Shown here: positions 27,401-40,427 of the stretch, in pieces
Position numbering within the stretch: the first letter of the stretch is position 1
How the letters are laid out: each line of letters starts with the position of its first letter
Assembly (NCBI GenBank): GCA_951406725.2
Contig: OX597820.1
Coordinates: forward strand, 102,424,001-102,488,000
Direction: 5' to 3'
Length of the DNA stretch: 64,000 nucleotides
Source of the DNA: Octopus vulgaris
Taxonomy: Eukaryota
Position numbers and translations under genes: made by a program
The notes under the pieces: model-generated
Told to the model about the DNA's origin: nothing
Database searches by the model: none
The model's input: the letters and a program-made list of their open reading frames with translations, nothing else

Positions 27401-28703
27401 CAGCGTGACATACTGTATGATAAGGCTGTACCTTTTGAATTACAGGTACAATCCAATAGAAAGCCTTCTATGCAGTTCCATCCACAAGAAATAGTTCAAA
27501 TCGAGAAAATGACATTTGCCGAATATACAACGCAGAGAGGTCGAACGGGAGGTTGCGAAGCGAACATTCTTAACTGTTGAGCCATACTATACCTTCAAAG
27601 ACGTAACATTTCTGGTGTATGAAGTTAATATATTATAAGGATATAAGGCACGTCAAAAGATTTCTTGTCTTTCTTAAATTCATTCATTATCACCAAAAAT
27701 AGAGACCCTCTTTGAGTTGCTACAGTATTGTAGAGTGAGATTGCTTACAGCTTACCTCTACCATTTGGTTGTCTCGCATACTAAAGTTTGAGAGTCTTAC
27801 TTAATAGTTTTTGTTTATTTCTTTTTACTGTCGTTCAAACGTTCAGTGGATGATAGATACGAATGATAGATACGAATCGATTTCATTTTGTGCTTTGATC
27901 CTATCCATTTATCCACAAACGAATTTCGACACTAAAACGATCGGTTAAGCTCTAGAGTGACACAGCAACTAGACATCAACTGTAGCACCACGAAGTCGCA
28001 TTATTTTGCGTTAAATCTATTTCAAGTGTTAAGAGTTACCACCTCCATGAAATTTGATAAACGTAAACTCTATAACGTTAATAAAAGCTTAACACTTAAA
28101 AGAAAAAAAACATTAGAACAACAGCAGTAATAATATTTGTGGTAGAAAAAGAAAACAAAATCATATTCTTGATGTAAATGTAAGAAAAAATAGGTGTACT
28201 AAAGTTTTTTGTAAAGGAAGAAAACGAACATAAACGACCCTGATGACCTTCACATATAACTCGTATTTAATACAACTTATCGACTTTCTCAAAACATTAT
28301 CGACAATTTAGCTATGTTCAAACATAGTGAATTTGAAATCGTCATAGGATAAGAAATCACACTCGAACATACATACACATACAGACACATACAAACGCAT
28401 AAACACACTTACTGTCTCTTTTGTCCCTCAATCAAACACACAGGTGCACGCAGACAAAGACGCATACATACGCACACGGACACACATATTTAATCTTTTG
28501 CTGGTTTCAACCAGTGGACAGCAGCCATGTTAACATACAACTTTGAAGGGTTAGATTAACCAAATTGACATATGTATTTATGTGTTAGTTATATTAACGG
28601 CTACATTTTGCAAAGTTACACGAAATAATATTGGTTGCCATGTAGTAAGAGACAAACACAAATAGAAACACGCACGCACATATATTTGTGCATACAAACT
28701 TAC

Positions 28704-28800
<97 letters not shown>

Positions 28801-28833
28801 CGTATCTGTCTGTCTGTCTTCGTATCTTCGTAT

Positions 28834-28873
<40 letters not shown>

Positions 28874-29016
28874 GTTGAATGAATTATCTTATTATGGATA
28901 ATTCGGTTAACCGATACCTGGGTAGCAAATTCACGTCAGAAAAACACGGTTGAAGCTACATGCCTAGGGCAGAGATCACGTGCTATCGTGTGGAAATTTG
29001 GGGTTTTTTTAAATAC

Positions 29017-29326
29017 AAATAAATGAAAGAATGGAGTTGAACGTCGAATTAACAAAAATCCTTTATTTTATTTTCGACATATGTTTCGAAGGGTGCATAT
29101 TCTTAATTTCGAAGGAATAAGGGGTGCATTATGCCGCCTTCTCACCAGGAAAAGTAAGGAACTTATGTCAGCATCAAGATGCACAAAAACTTTTAGATGA
29201 CTGCCCACACGGAGCCCATAGCGATAATGAGTGTTCCTTCGAAATTAGGAATATGCAGCCTTCGAAACATATGTCGAAAATAAAATAAAGGAATTTTGTT
29301 AATTCGTCGTTCAACTCCATTCTTTC

Positions 29327-29334
<8 letters not shown>
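29017..29334. mobile_element. fold-back PLE-like terminus: ~100-bp inverted arms (29017-29117 / 29234-29334) abutting (TA)n
   Basis: AAATAAATGAAAGAATGGAGTTGAACG...TTTCGAAGGAA and its near-perfect reverse complement. The arms contain the 3' half of a hammerhead. Confidence 0.8.
29071..29153 (-). ncRNA. type I hammerhead with A6G core change (probably inactive), 54-nt stem II
   Basis: TTTTC-CTGGTGA-[GAAGG..GCATA...TATGC..CCTTC]-GAAA-C-ATAT-G-TC-GAAAA. Stem III ACATATGT is palindromic; triplet GUC. Confidence 0.7.
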
Positions 29335-29399
<65 letters not shown>

Positions 29400-29657
29400 T
29401 CAAAATGAGAGTGAAAAAAATGGATATTAATTTAATAACATCAATTTAAACACCAGTGGTCTAGCGCATAAAAGACTGAGATTCAATAAATATTATTAAT
29501 ACACAAATATGAGAGACAATCCACTATATGGACGCTCTTACGCTAGATATAGATCTGCAAAGGGACTGAACCACTAAGAATTGTTCGCGAGAAAAATTTA
29601 GCACACTAAGAACGTAAGCAAGCAGGACAAATGAAAAATAACAAAAATATAGATTAA

Positions 29658-29731
29658 CCCCATACAATTGTTTCATTGTTAATAAATTATGCAATTTTAC
29701 TTACATAATTATCCTCAGATCATCGGTGGAG
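29658..29731 (-). ncRNA. type I hammerhead-like motif, U4C core variant, 45-nt stem II
   Basis: CTCCA-CCGATGA-[..AATTATGTAA GTAAAA TTGCATAATT..]-GAAA-C-AATT-G-TA-TGGGG. Stem III ACAATTGT is palindromic; the base of stem II is poorly paired. Confidence 0.6.
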
Positions 29732-30091
29732 TACGTCATAAAACATAATTTGTCGAACTGCACGCTATATATTAACACGAGGTCAAAGACACGAACAGTT
29801 CGGCCTATTGTATTCACAGTTACATTCAAATGCCCTCGTTCTAGCGCGCCAAATTCCCGGAAATAAATATGACGTACTCCACCGATGATCTGAGGATAAT
29901 TTATATAAATGCATTATATATTGTGAAATTTGATTTAGTATTACTAAATTGAATTTTTACCTGTAAGTTTGGAATCATATTCCTTATTATATATATATAT
30001 GTTTGTATGTATTTATATATATGTATATATATATGTATGTATATATATATTTGTATATATATATATATATGTATATATGTATATATATATA

Positions 30092-30160
<69 letters not shown>

Positions 30161-30169
<9 letters not shown>

Positions 30170-30340
30170 CAAAATGGGACAAGAACGCAAAACATTCAAA
30201 TAGACAACTCAAAAACGGACGGGTCATTCGAAGCCTCTAATCGTTAGTCAAGAACCAGATCATCTTCGCAATTTCGGCTGAGTAATCTTTAAGATTAATC
30301 AATGTTTTGCGTTCTTGTCCCATTTTGTATTTTTATATAT
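30161..30340. mobile_element. PLE-like terminus with 36-bp inverted arms between (TA)n tracts
   Basis: ATAAAAATACAAAATGGGACAAGAACGCAAAACATT (30161-30196) has its reverse complement at 30301-30336. Confidence 0.6.
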
Positions 30341-30385
30341 ATTTTTTATACATAAATTATTGCGGCGTAACGTACACCTTGTTCT

Positions 30386-30446
<61 letters not shown>

Positions 30447-30847
30447 TATATGTCGGGCAATGAGAATAAGTGCTCAACACGACCCGCATTGGTGGATAAA
30501 TTTTCTATATTCGTGTAATGAGGTTTCATGCTAAGAAAATATCTTACTGTCTTAACAATTTTTCCACCGGATCACCTGCAGAAATGGTGTTCGTCTTCAG
30601 TTTGAATAATTTTTTTTATCCAAAATGGAGATGAACACCATTTCTCCATTGATTGTTTGATTTTGTGATATTTTTAAACATGAAACCAATGACAGCCTTA
30701 ATACACAAATGTACACATACACACACACACACACACAGACACACACAGAGACACACAGACACACACAGAGACACACAGACACACACACACACAGACACAG
30801 ACACACAGACACAGACACACACAGACATACACAGACACACAGACACA

Positions 30848-30929
<82 letters not shown>

Positions 30930-31207
30930 TTTGGTGTATCTCATTGCTTTCGGAGCTGAAGCGGCCAATATGTTCTCTTACGTTTATCAAAGTGTTTACA
31001 GTAGTCTTTAAACCTCTCTTTTAAAGCTCCTTACACTTTTCTTGTACTGAACTAACTTTCATCGTCCTTATTTTATTCTTTCTTCTTTTATTGCCTTTCC
31101 TAATCTCCGTTAGTAACGGCATTATCCTGTTATCTACTATTTGTATTATAACTATATCTATACATATATCAATACAAACATACATGTATAAATGTACACA
31201 CACACTC

Positions 31208-31266
<59 letters not shown>

Positions 31267-31969
31267 CATATATATATATATATATGTATTTATATATACA
31301 TATATATATATAAATACATATGTACATACATACATATGCACGTACATACATACATACATACACATCACCATATACATAAGCACAAATACACAAACTCACA
31401 CTCACATATATAATATATATACATATACAAACAACGCTCCGCATAGGAAACTCCGAAGGCTTGCTGCCTGCCAGCAGCAGCAGCAGATAATCCTTTCTGG
31501 GAGAGTAAGACAAGCGCATACACCTCCCACAACATCTTATCTCACTTACTCCCTTCACGCACACACACGCACGCACGCATACACACACATACACACGCAC
31601 ACACATGCATACAAACATGTATGTTAGTGTGCTTGTGTGAGTGTACGTGAGATAGTATGTACGTGTACACTTAAAATGTGAGTAATAAACAGAACAAATA
31701 CTCAATATGAGAAGCAAATTGTCAATATTATATTTGGTCAAAGTCAATCAAAACCACATTCAATACTAGCTTTCAACAGACTAGGTTTTCCGTTTAACGG
31801 CAGTTTGCATGAGGTCCTGATTATGAATATTTGTCCACGATAAAGATGAACGATAAACAATTGTAGTTCTTATTGTAACCATTTAATTTCACATTGGTGT
31901 GATGTTATAATCTTCGTGTTGGCGTCGTGTTAGTGCGGATTAAGGGAAGTAAACGTCGTATGGATGCTA

Positions 31970-33232
31970 TCAGCTCATTAAGAATGAAATATCCGATTTT
32001 CATATGCACCAAGTTTGACAGTCATTAACTCTAATGTTTTATTCTAACAATTCTTTGTTTTACAACATTGACGAGTTACTTCACCACATTTCGAAATGAA
32101 ATGCATGGTGTCTGATTATATTACGAGTTTTCTCTTGTAAATCAATTTTTGCGAATTGATGGATAGATAAAAAATTCGTGTTGTTTATGAATATGGGTTC
32201 CGTCGTGGAACCAATGCATCCCAGATAGGTGTTTGGTGAAGATGTGGGGCATGAGCGCACTGTACGTCGATGGTTTGAGAAGTTCCGCTCTGGTGACTTT
32301 GCTCTTGAAAATCACCCCCGTGGCAGACCTGAGACCAAGGTGGATAATGATGAGCTGGAAACTAGTGGAAGCAGATACATCTCAAACTACGCGTGAGTTG
32401 GCAGCAAGGTTTGATGTTTCGATTCCAACTGTACTGGACCGTCTCAAACAAATCAGCAAGGTAAAGAAGTTGGACAAGTGAGTACCACACGAACTGAACG
32501 AGCATCAAATGACTCATCGTCTTGAAAGTTGCTGTTCTTTGCTGTCACAGCATAAAAGCAAACCACTTTTGTATAGTATTGTTATGTGTGATGAGAAATG
32601 GATTCTTTTCAACAATAGCAAGCATTGTGCACAGTGGTTGGGTAGAGACGGAATGTCAAAACACAGCTCAAGAAAGAATATTCACAAAAAAAGCTAATGG
32701 TGTCTGTATGGTGGTCCAGATCTTGTGTCATCCACTATAGCTTCATGAGACCTGGTAAGTTAATTACAGCGGGTGCAAACATTAACCAAATAGATGAAAT
32801 GATGAGTGAACTTGCAATTAAATAACCGAGATTGGTCAATAGCGACAGGCCAATTCTCTTGCAAGACAATGCTCGATCACATGTTGCATAAAGAACGCTA
32901 CTCAAGTTACAGGAACGGAACTTGGAAGTACTCTGGCATCCACCATATTCACCAGATTTTTCACCAACTGATTATTACGTTTTCCAGGGATTAGACAACA
33001 TATTGTAAGGAAAAACTTGAAATCTGAAGAAGGTGCAAAAACAGCCTTTCCTGATTTCGTCACTTCTTGGTCTCCAGAATTCTTCGCTGGCGGCATAAAG
33101 AAGCTACCGATAAAATGGCATATTTGTGTTAATAATTTAGGTGCATACTTTAATTAACTGCACTGATTTTTGTTGAAATAAAGTAAAATAAACTTTCAGT
33201 TTAAATCTTGCATTTCATTCTTAATCACCTGA
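31970..33232 (+). mobile_element. full-length decayed mariner (DD34D) transposon
   Basis: TIRs TCAGCTCATTAAGAATGAAAT / ATTTCATTCTTAATCACCTGA with TA flanks. Motifs *VPHEL, MCDEKW, LQDNARSH, HPPYSPDFSPTDY. Frameshifted. Confidence 0.92.
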
Positions 33233-33479
33233 TATTTAGATGTATAATTTGCTTCTTAAAGAAAGCTTAAATTTCATTTTACATAGCTCCACATACCTCA
33301 GAACAGCAACTTGCCAAAGGCTATGTAAAATACACATATACACACACACACACACTCCCAAAACCCCTCCAAAAAGCAACAGCTTATAATTAAATGGATA
33401 TATGGAGTATCTGTCTTTGAATCCATTGCAAGTTAATAGGAAAAAAGAGTAAGAATAAGAGGGGAAGCTACAACATGAA

Positions 33480-33940
33480 ATGAAGGAAGATGAGGAAAAA
33501 GAAGGAAAAGGTGGAGAAGGTAGAGGGGAGAAGAAGGAGAAGGAGAAGGAGAGGGAAAAGGCGGAGTATAAGAAGGAAAAAGAAAGGGACAAGGAGGAGG
33601 AGGAGGACAAGAAGAGGAGAAGAATAGGACAAGAGAAGGAGGAGGAGGAGGAGGAGGAGAAGAAGTAGACGAAGAAGAAGAAGAAGAAGAATAAGAAGGA
33701 GAAGAGGGAGGAGAAGAAGAAGATGAAAAAGGAGGAGAAGAAGAAGAAGAAGAAGGAGGAGAAGAAGAAGAAGAAGGAGGAGGAGGAGGAGAATAAGAAG
33801 AAGAAGAAGAAGAAGAAGGAGGAAGAGGAGAAGAAGAAGAAGGAGGAGGAGGAGGAGGAGAAGAAGAAGAAGAAGGAGGAGGAGAGAAGAAGAAGAAGAA
33901 GAAGGAGGAGGAGGGGGAGGAGAAGGAGGAGAAGAAGAAA
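33480..33940. repeat. polypurine (GAA/GAG)n tract
   Basis: About 460 bp of almost pure A/G triplet repeats. Confidence 0.95.
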
Positions 33941-34588
33941 TGAATTATTATTACATGAACTCGAGGTCTTTAGTGATATCTCAATGGTATGCGTTCTTGA
34001 TTTCCAAATTATCAGGGATAAAAAAACGGAATGAGGAGTCTGAAATACATGCTTTGGTTTACTACTGACTGAAACTACATAGAATGACACTACATTTGAC
34101 GCGAACTTTATAATGTCGTTTGAAAGAAACATTTTCTTTTTAAGTTAAATAGTATCGACACAGAAAATTAACTGAAGGACATAACATTATTTAATTCTGG
34201 TAGGGATTCGAGTAGAAAGTTCGGCATATCTATAATATCTCGTATTTCCCTTGATATTACACCCCCTCTTAACTAATGCATAAGTCTACTGATATTTTCA
34301 TACGTTTGTAATTCCTTACGTTGTTATCTTTCCAAGCATCAACACACGCTGTAGTTTTATCGACGAATTAGTGTTAGATATAAAAGAAAACCCAAGTGAA
34401 ATGAATCATGATGAAGTGATATACAAAACAAAGAAGCAAAATAAATCGCAATTTATACTTCAATGGTGAACGGAAACTGTCCAGATAACAACTATGAAAA
34501 TTTATGTGATTTTAAAAATTTTGATCCTGTTTCATGTTGTAATACATACATGCATACATAAATGCAGACGCGCGCTCAAACACACACA

Positions 34589-34647
<59 letters not shown>

Positions 34648-34929
34648 TCCACTGTCACTACTATTTTTATGTTTGTCGAAAATTCTAAAATTCTGTCATG
34701 TTACATCTGAAACTTACACGTCGTCTCTGAAGATTTGACATCAGATCTTGATTATGTATTTTACATTGTGTAACTAATAACCGTCTGTTGCTAATAAAAC
34801 GTGCGTAAGATAGTGTAACTCCGGATTCATATCGAATGATAGGGCTACAATAGCATGAACTGGAATATACACAGATCTCTAAATATTGGTTATTTCAGTT
34901 ATTCGTCACGGAACATGTTTTAAATTGCA

Positions 34930-34981
<52 letters not shown>

Positions 34982-35064
34982 ATAAAACGGTAAGATAACA
35001 AAAGAAAGAAAGAGACCTCAATATTATGTAAATAGAGGAAATTTATCTATACAATATGTAATAT

Positions 35065-35101
<37 letters not shown>

Positions 35102-35337
35102 CTCTGTGTGTGTGTATGTGAGTGTCTGTGCCTGTGTCTCTGTTTGTATGTTTGTGAGTGTGTGTATATGTGTAAATATGTATATGTTTATATATATATA
35201 TATATTTATACATACAAGATTATATATATATACAAATATATATATATACAGATGTATATATACATGCACACATATATACATATACATACATGCATACATA
35301 CATGCATATATATATATGCATGCGCGTGCACGCACAC

Positions 35338-35407
<70 letters not shown>

Positions 35408-35431
35408 ACACACACACACACACAACACACA

Positions 35432-36112
35432 CAGAAGTTGCATTCCAGAAGTTGTGAAACTTTTTCGAGAGAGACATTTATATATTTCGAAGTATTAAGC
35501 TCCAATTTCCTTCAAAATGTCTCTTCTGATCTCGTTGCACTTGTGAATTCAGCTGCCTCGTGAATGTCCAGTAAAATTCTCCAAAGGTGTCCAGGGCGCA
35601 AGGTCTGGATTGTAGGAAGAGTGAGGGACAGTTTTAATGCTCATCTTTGTCAGGACGGAATTGTGGACTGGCACATAATCCTGGTGGTGGTGCTCTGGTC
35701 TTTTGCGACGAGATCTCTTTCTGAACTTCCCTAATGCCTCCACAGATTACTCTTTGCTGAAAAGTCTGGCCAGGTTCTCGAGCCAATGAAAAGCATGCCT
35801 GACTCATACAAGTCACTTCGTAAGGGGCCTGGAGCAAATTATAAATTTCTGAAGCGTTTTTGCTCAGTTTTTAAAAGAAAACTTTATTGCATAGTGAGCA
35901 ACTAAATTGTTTTTAGGCTCAAATGCGTTCTGCAAACTAATCATCTGTGACAAGCAGTGTTTAGTAGGGGGAGCTGAAAGAGCCATTGCAGACGTCTTCT
36001 TCAATCTAGAATACTAAAAGGTGGCAGGTCAGCTTATTACATTAATGATATACTTAAATTACAAGAATCTATGACCCCCTAAAAAAAGTCTCAAAACGTT
36101 TGGAATGCCTTT
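35432..36112 (-). mobile_element. internally deleted mariner-like element
   Basis: Minus strand HHQDYVPVHNS..IKTVPHSSYNPDLAP. Inverted ends GCATTCCAGAAGTTGTGA / TCTCAAAACGTTTGGAATGC. Confidence 0.75.
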
Positions 36113-36730
36113 CATCTGTGAGTGTGTGTGCGTGTGGGAGAGAGAGGGAGAAAGAGAGAGAGAGAAAGAAAGAGGGAGAAAGAGAAGGAGAGTGAGAGAG
36201 AGAGAGAAAGCAAGTGTAGTACGATTCAGTGTTTAAGTTCACTTCCCAGTCACGAGGTTCCAGGTTCTATCTGACTGCGTGGAAGTTTGGGCAAAGGTCG
36301 ACCAATACGTTGTGAATGTAAATGATTTGACAGAAACTGTATGGAAGACTACTGGGTCGATTGTACTTTTAATTCAAAGAAGTACCGCAGCCCTGTTCTC
36401 CAACGCCACATACGCCGATTCTGCTTTAGGATCATGTAATTCAGCTGATCAAACTTATGAATCTTCATCGACGAACGACGGAGATCCACCAAGCACGAAC
36501 ACACACACACACTTACATAAATGCATGCACGCACACACGCACATACGCTCACTCTCTCTCACACACACGCACACACATATTTATATTAAGCGCGAGGCGA
36601 AGTTCTGAGTGCATAATCAACTTTTGAAATAATAAACATATCCATATATTCTTTACAGCCGATTGAGTTCTATATCAGAAATAGTTCGAATTATAAAAGA
36701 CATGTCTTTAAAATATATTTTACAACTCTA

Positions 36731-37163
36731 AGGCGGCAGCTGGCAGAATCGTTTGCATGCCGAGCAAGGTGCTTAGCGGCGTTTCGTCCGTCCTTACATC
36801 CTGAGTCGAAGTTCTGCCGGAGCCGACTTTACTTTTTCATTCTTTCGGGGTCGATATGTTAAGTACCAGATCAACAGCGGGGTCGAAGTAATCGATTTGT
36901 CCCCTCCTCCGAAAATGCTGGAATTGTGCCAAAATTTGAAATCAATGTATTTTAAATCGTTAGGTGTAATTATTTTAACACCGGACTAAATGCTTAGCTG
37001 CATGTCTTCCGATTTTACTTTCTGAGTTGAAATGCCGCTGGGGTGGACTTTGACTGTCATCCTTCAGAGTCGATAAAATACGTACCAGTTGAGTACTGGG
37101 GCCGATGTAATCGACTTACCCGCTCCCCCGAAATTGCTGGCCTTGTGCCAAAATTTAAAACCA
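36731..37163 (+). mobile_element. two tandem SINE family A variant copies
   Basis: AGGCGGCAGCTGGCAGAATCGTT head. Core and tail GCTGG..TTGTGCCAAAATTT occur twice. Confidence 0.8.
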
Positions 37164-37222
37164 GTATATTTTACCACTTTTACATCTCTCCCCTCGCTCT
37201 CTGTTTAACTAACTCTCTACCT

Positions 37223-37451
37223 ATTTCTTTACTACCCACAAGGGGCTAAACACAGAAGGGATAAACAAGGACAGACAAACGGATTAAGTCGATTACATCA
37301 ACCCCAGTACGTAACTGGTACTTAATTTATCGAAACCGAAAGGATGAAAGGCAAAGTCGACCTCGGCGGAATTTGAACTCAGAACGTAACGGCTGACGAA
37401 ATACTGCTGAGCATTTCGCCCGGTGTGCTAACGATTCTGCCAGCTCGTCTC
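37223..37451 (-). mobile_element. SINE family A full copy with 12-bp TSD CTCTCTACCTAT
   Basis: Near-consensus sequence; TSD at 37213-37224 and 37452-37463. Confidence 0.92.
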
Positions 37452-39824
37452 CTCTCTACCTATCTATATATAACACACACATAACTTCGCAAATATTTTA
37501 TTATTACATTAAAAGTAGCTTCTTAGTATACACTCACCAACATCTGTAGTTATACTTTAATATGCTATTCTTAACAAATTAAGTAGTTGATAAAGTGCAG
37601 ATAAGATTTTAGATATTTCCAAATTGTAAGAGTGGTGAAAATTTATTGAGGTGGATCATTGCCTCTTACACTGATTTTCGTAAGATGACAGATTTCCATT
37701 AACCAAAAAAAGAAATGTCTCGATAGTATTTCCAGGCTTATTAGAAGCCCAGAAATGTATTAGCAAATAGCAAATAAGCGATGTGATAGGTTTCTGTTTG
37801 ATAGTTATCTATAATTTACTTTCTCTGTTTCTTTTTTATAAACGTGGAAACATATCGAGTATTGTGCTTTGTGTGTAATGTGTCATTTAGAACTGAATAG
37901 CATTGGCCATTCAATGGCCTTTCAATATGATTGGCCAAATTGAATAATATGCGTATGAATTCACTTAGCATGGGTAGACTGTTGAACAAACAGCCCGTCA
38001 TTTAACAAATTTTAGCACGCATATTTATTCACGGTGATCATTAAGTGGTAGTATGTCAGACAAAATATTTCTGGGTGTTTGGTTACGTTCTTTTATATTC
38101 TGAGTTCAAATTCTTTCAAAGCACCTTCGTCTTTGATACTTCCAACACCAGTAAAATAAATACTAATTAAGTACTGGAGTAACTCTCTAAATTCTGCTTA
38201 ATAAATGGTGATGCCCCAGTATGGCCACAGCTTGTGAGCTGAAACTAAAAAAAAAAAATAATAAGTACTAGATGTTGATTTGTTCGACCAAACCCTTCAA
38301 GATGGTGTCCCATTATAGCCGAGTTCCATTGACTGAAAGAGGATGAAAAAAGACAATGGTAGAAGGTCTTTTTACATCGATATAACTACAGTAATTAATT
38401 AAAGGGCTGCAACCATAGTGACACTAGTAGTAGCAACTTCAACAGTATGAGCACCGGCGGTATGAACCACGTGCACATACAGACACATGCATACATGCGC
38501 GCGCGTACACATACATGCATGCATGCACGCATACTCCTTCACCAACACACGCATTTGAAAACGCCTTTGCAAATTAGGAGAATTTGAATTCTTTGCAGTT
38601 CCGGGAGCTAAGATTCTAGTAGCATCTTCACATTTACTACCAGCTGCAGTTTGGTGAGTGGATAGAAAACACGCTCCAGGATTGGTCTCATACCTGAACA
38701 ATTGCAAAGCTACTCTTTAGTACTACTCCACTGCCTTGTGACAAACACATGCAAAAAAGGGCGAAACTGCTGAAAAAAAATACTAGCAGAAGAAAGGAAA
38801 TAATGAGCTCCAATGGAAAAAATATATATTCACCAAAAGTGAAAGCAACTAAAAACAGGGAAAAAATCTCCCAACTGCTCCAGACAACATTTCTGAATTC
38901 ACAGTTGTGAAGATTAGCAATGGCAATATAATTCATGGATTAATTGATGCACGCTTCTTGGAAGCCATCAAGGATGGGTTATTCGTCAGAGAAGACTTAG
39001 ATGACCAAGGTATGTTTAAACATTTGGATAATAGATTGGGAGCAAAGTGCTTACTATTAGCGAAAATATTAGAAATCTCAACTCAAACATGTTGGACCTT
39101 TCAAACGTCGCATAATAACAAAAACGCGGACGCAAGCTTTTTGAAACTATAGAAGCAGTGGAGAAGGATGTTCTGGCTCAATTGTGTCATTGAACTCACA
39201 CTCGTGAGTGGATAGATTATGCTAAATATTTTTCACGTTTCTTATTATTATCGTATTTTAACTATCGTGAGTTTTATACAATTTAAAAAAAAATTATTTT
39301 GTGTTTTTATTAAATTTTGATCCGTTCCTTTCCTGACGTTCACTCACTTTTCTCTCACTGTATCGTAACCACTATGCTTATATCATTTATTATACTGTAC
39401 ATGCTGCAAGACTTTGAGACTAGAAAAACAAATAAACATAAACACTATTATTTATCTCGAGTCAATGAAATATCGTGTTGACGTCAAGTGGGGAGATGGG
39501 GGTTCTTTCAACTGGAAATCCCTGTCACTTAATAATGGTCTTATCATAAAAACAACGGTACGGTTGCATCACCATACCCCAACAGACCACTAAAAAAGGC
39601 TTCAACCGTTTCCCTACATGTATAGTTGTGAGATTTAATGCCTTTCCTCATCTCCATTCATTAATCTATAGCATATCCTAATTTTTAGTTCGATTAGAAT
39701 TTATTGTCTCATGTTGAATAAAATTTTTACAGTTGAATTTCATATATCGCAACCTTTTCTCTACATGTATCGTAATCTCTGGTATAACATTTGTTGTGCT
39801 GTAGTAGCTAATAAAAGAAAATAC

Positions 39825-39898
<74 letters not shown>
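39825..39898. repeat. (TTA)n microsatellite
   Basis: Direct reading. Confidence 0.95.
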
Positions 39899-40379
39899 GA
39901 TCTTCCGATACGCATTTATGAGCAATAGCATCTAATAATTCTCGGCAGATTTCTTAACATTTCCATGCGAGGTGTAGATACCCCAAGCTATTCATGTAAG
40001 ATCAATATAAATAAGTTGACAAATTGACATTTCTGGAATAATTTTGCACCTAGGGATAAGATAAGATCATTACCTGAATACAACTACAGTTGCCAAATAA
40101 CAAAATAAGCAGATAGCTAAATATCAAATGTCTAAAAATTACTGTACTATATCAAAAGATGTCTTAATGGAATATGGTATTGTTACTGAAAAAAGAAAGA
40201 AGCTAGATTTACTATCAGTTTGATCCAAAGACGATATACAAGTATGTATGCATGCTTACATACATACATACCTACCTACCTACCTACCTACCTACCTACT
40301 TACCTACCTACCTACCTACCTACATACATACATACAGATACAGATACAAGCATACATACATAAATGCATTCATAATACA

Positions 40380-40427
<48 letters not shown>

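Noticed and set aside
33236-34132. 298-aa ORF and the many YIYI/HTHT/CVCV/LSIY ORFs
   Set aside because: These are translations of microsatellites and polypurine tracts, open only because the repeats lack stop codons.
34715-34750. GAAAC..GTC..CTGAAGA as a type II hammerhead
   Set aside because: Only 4 nt available for stem I and no stem II complementarity.
38907-39152. 81-aa protein-like ORF
   Set aside because: No splice signals or family motif I can name; surrounding frames are closed. Probably a TE relic.
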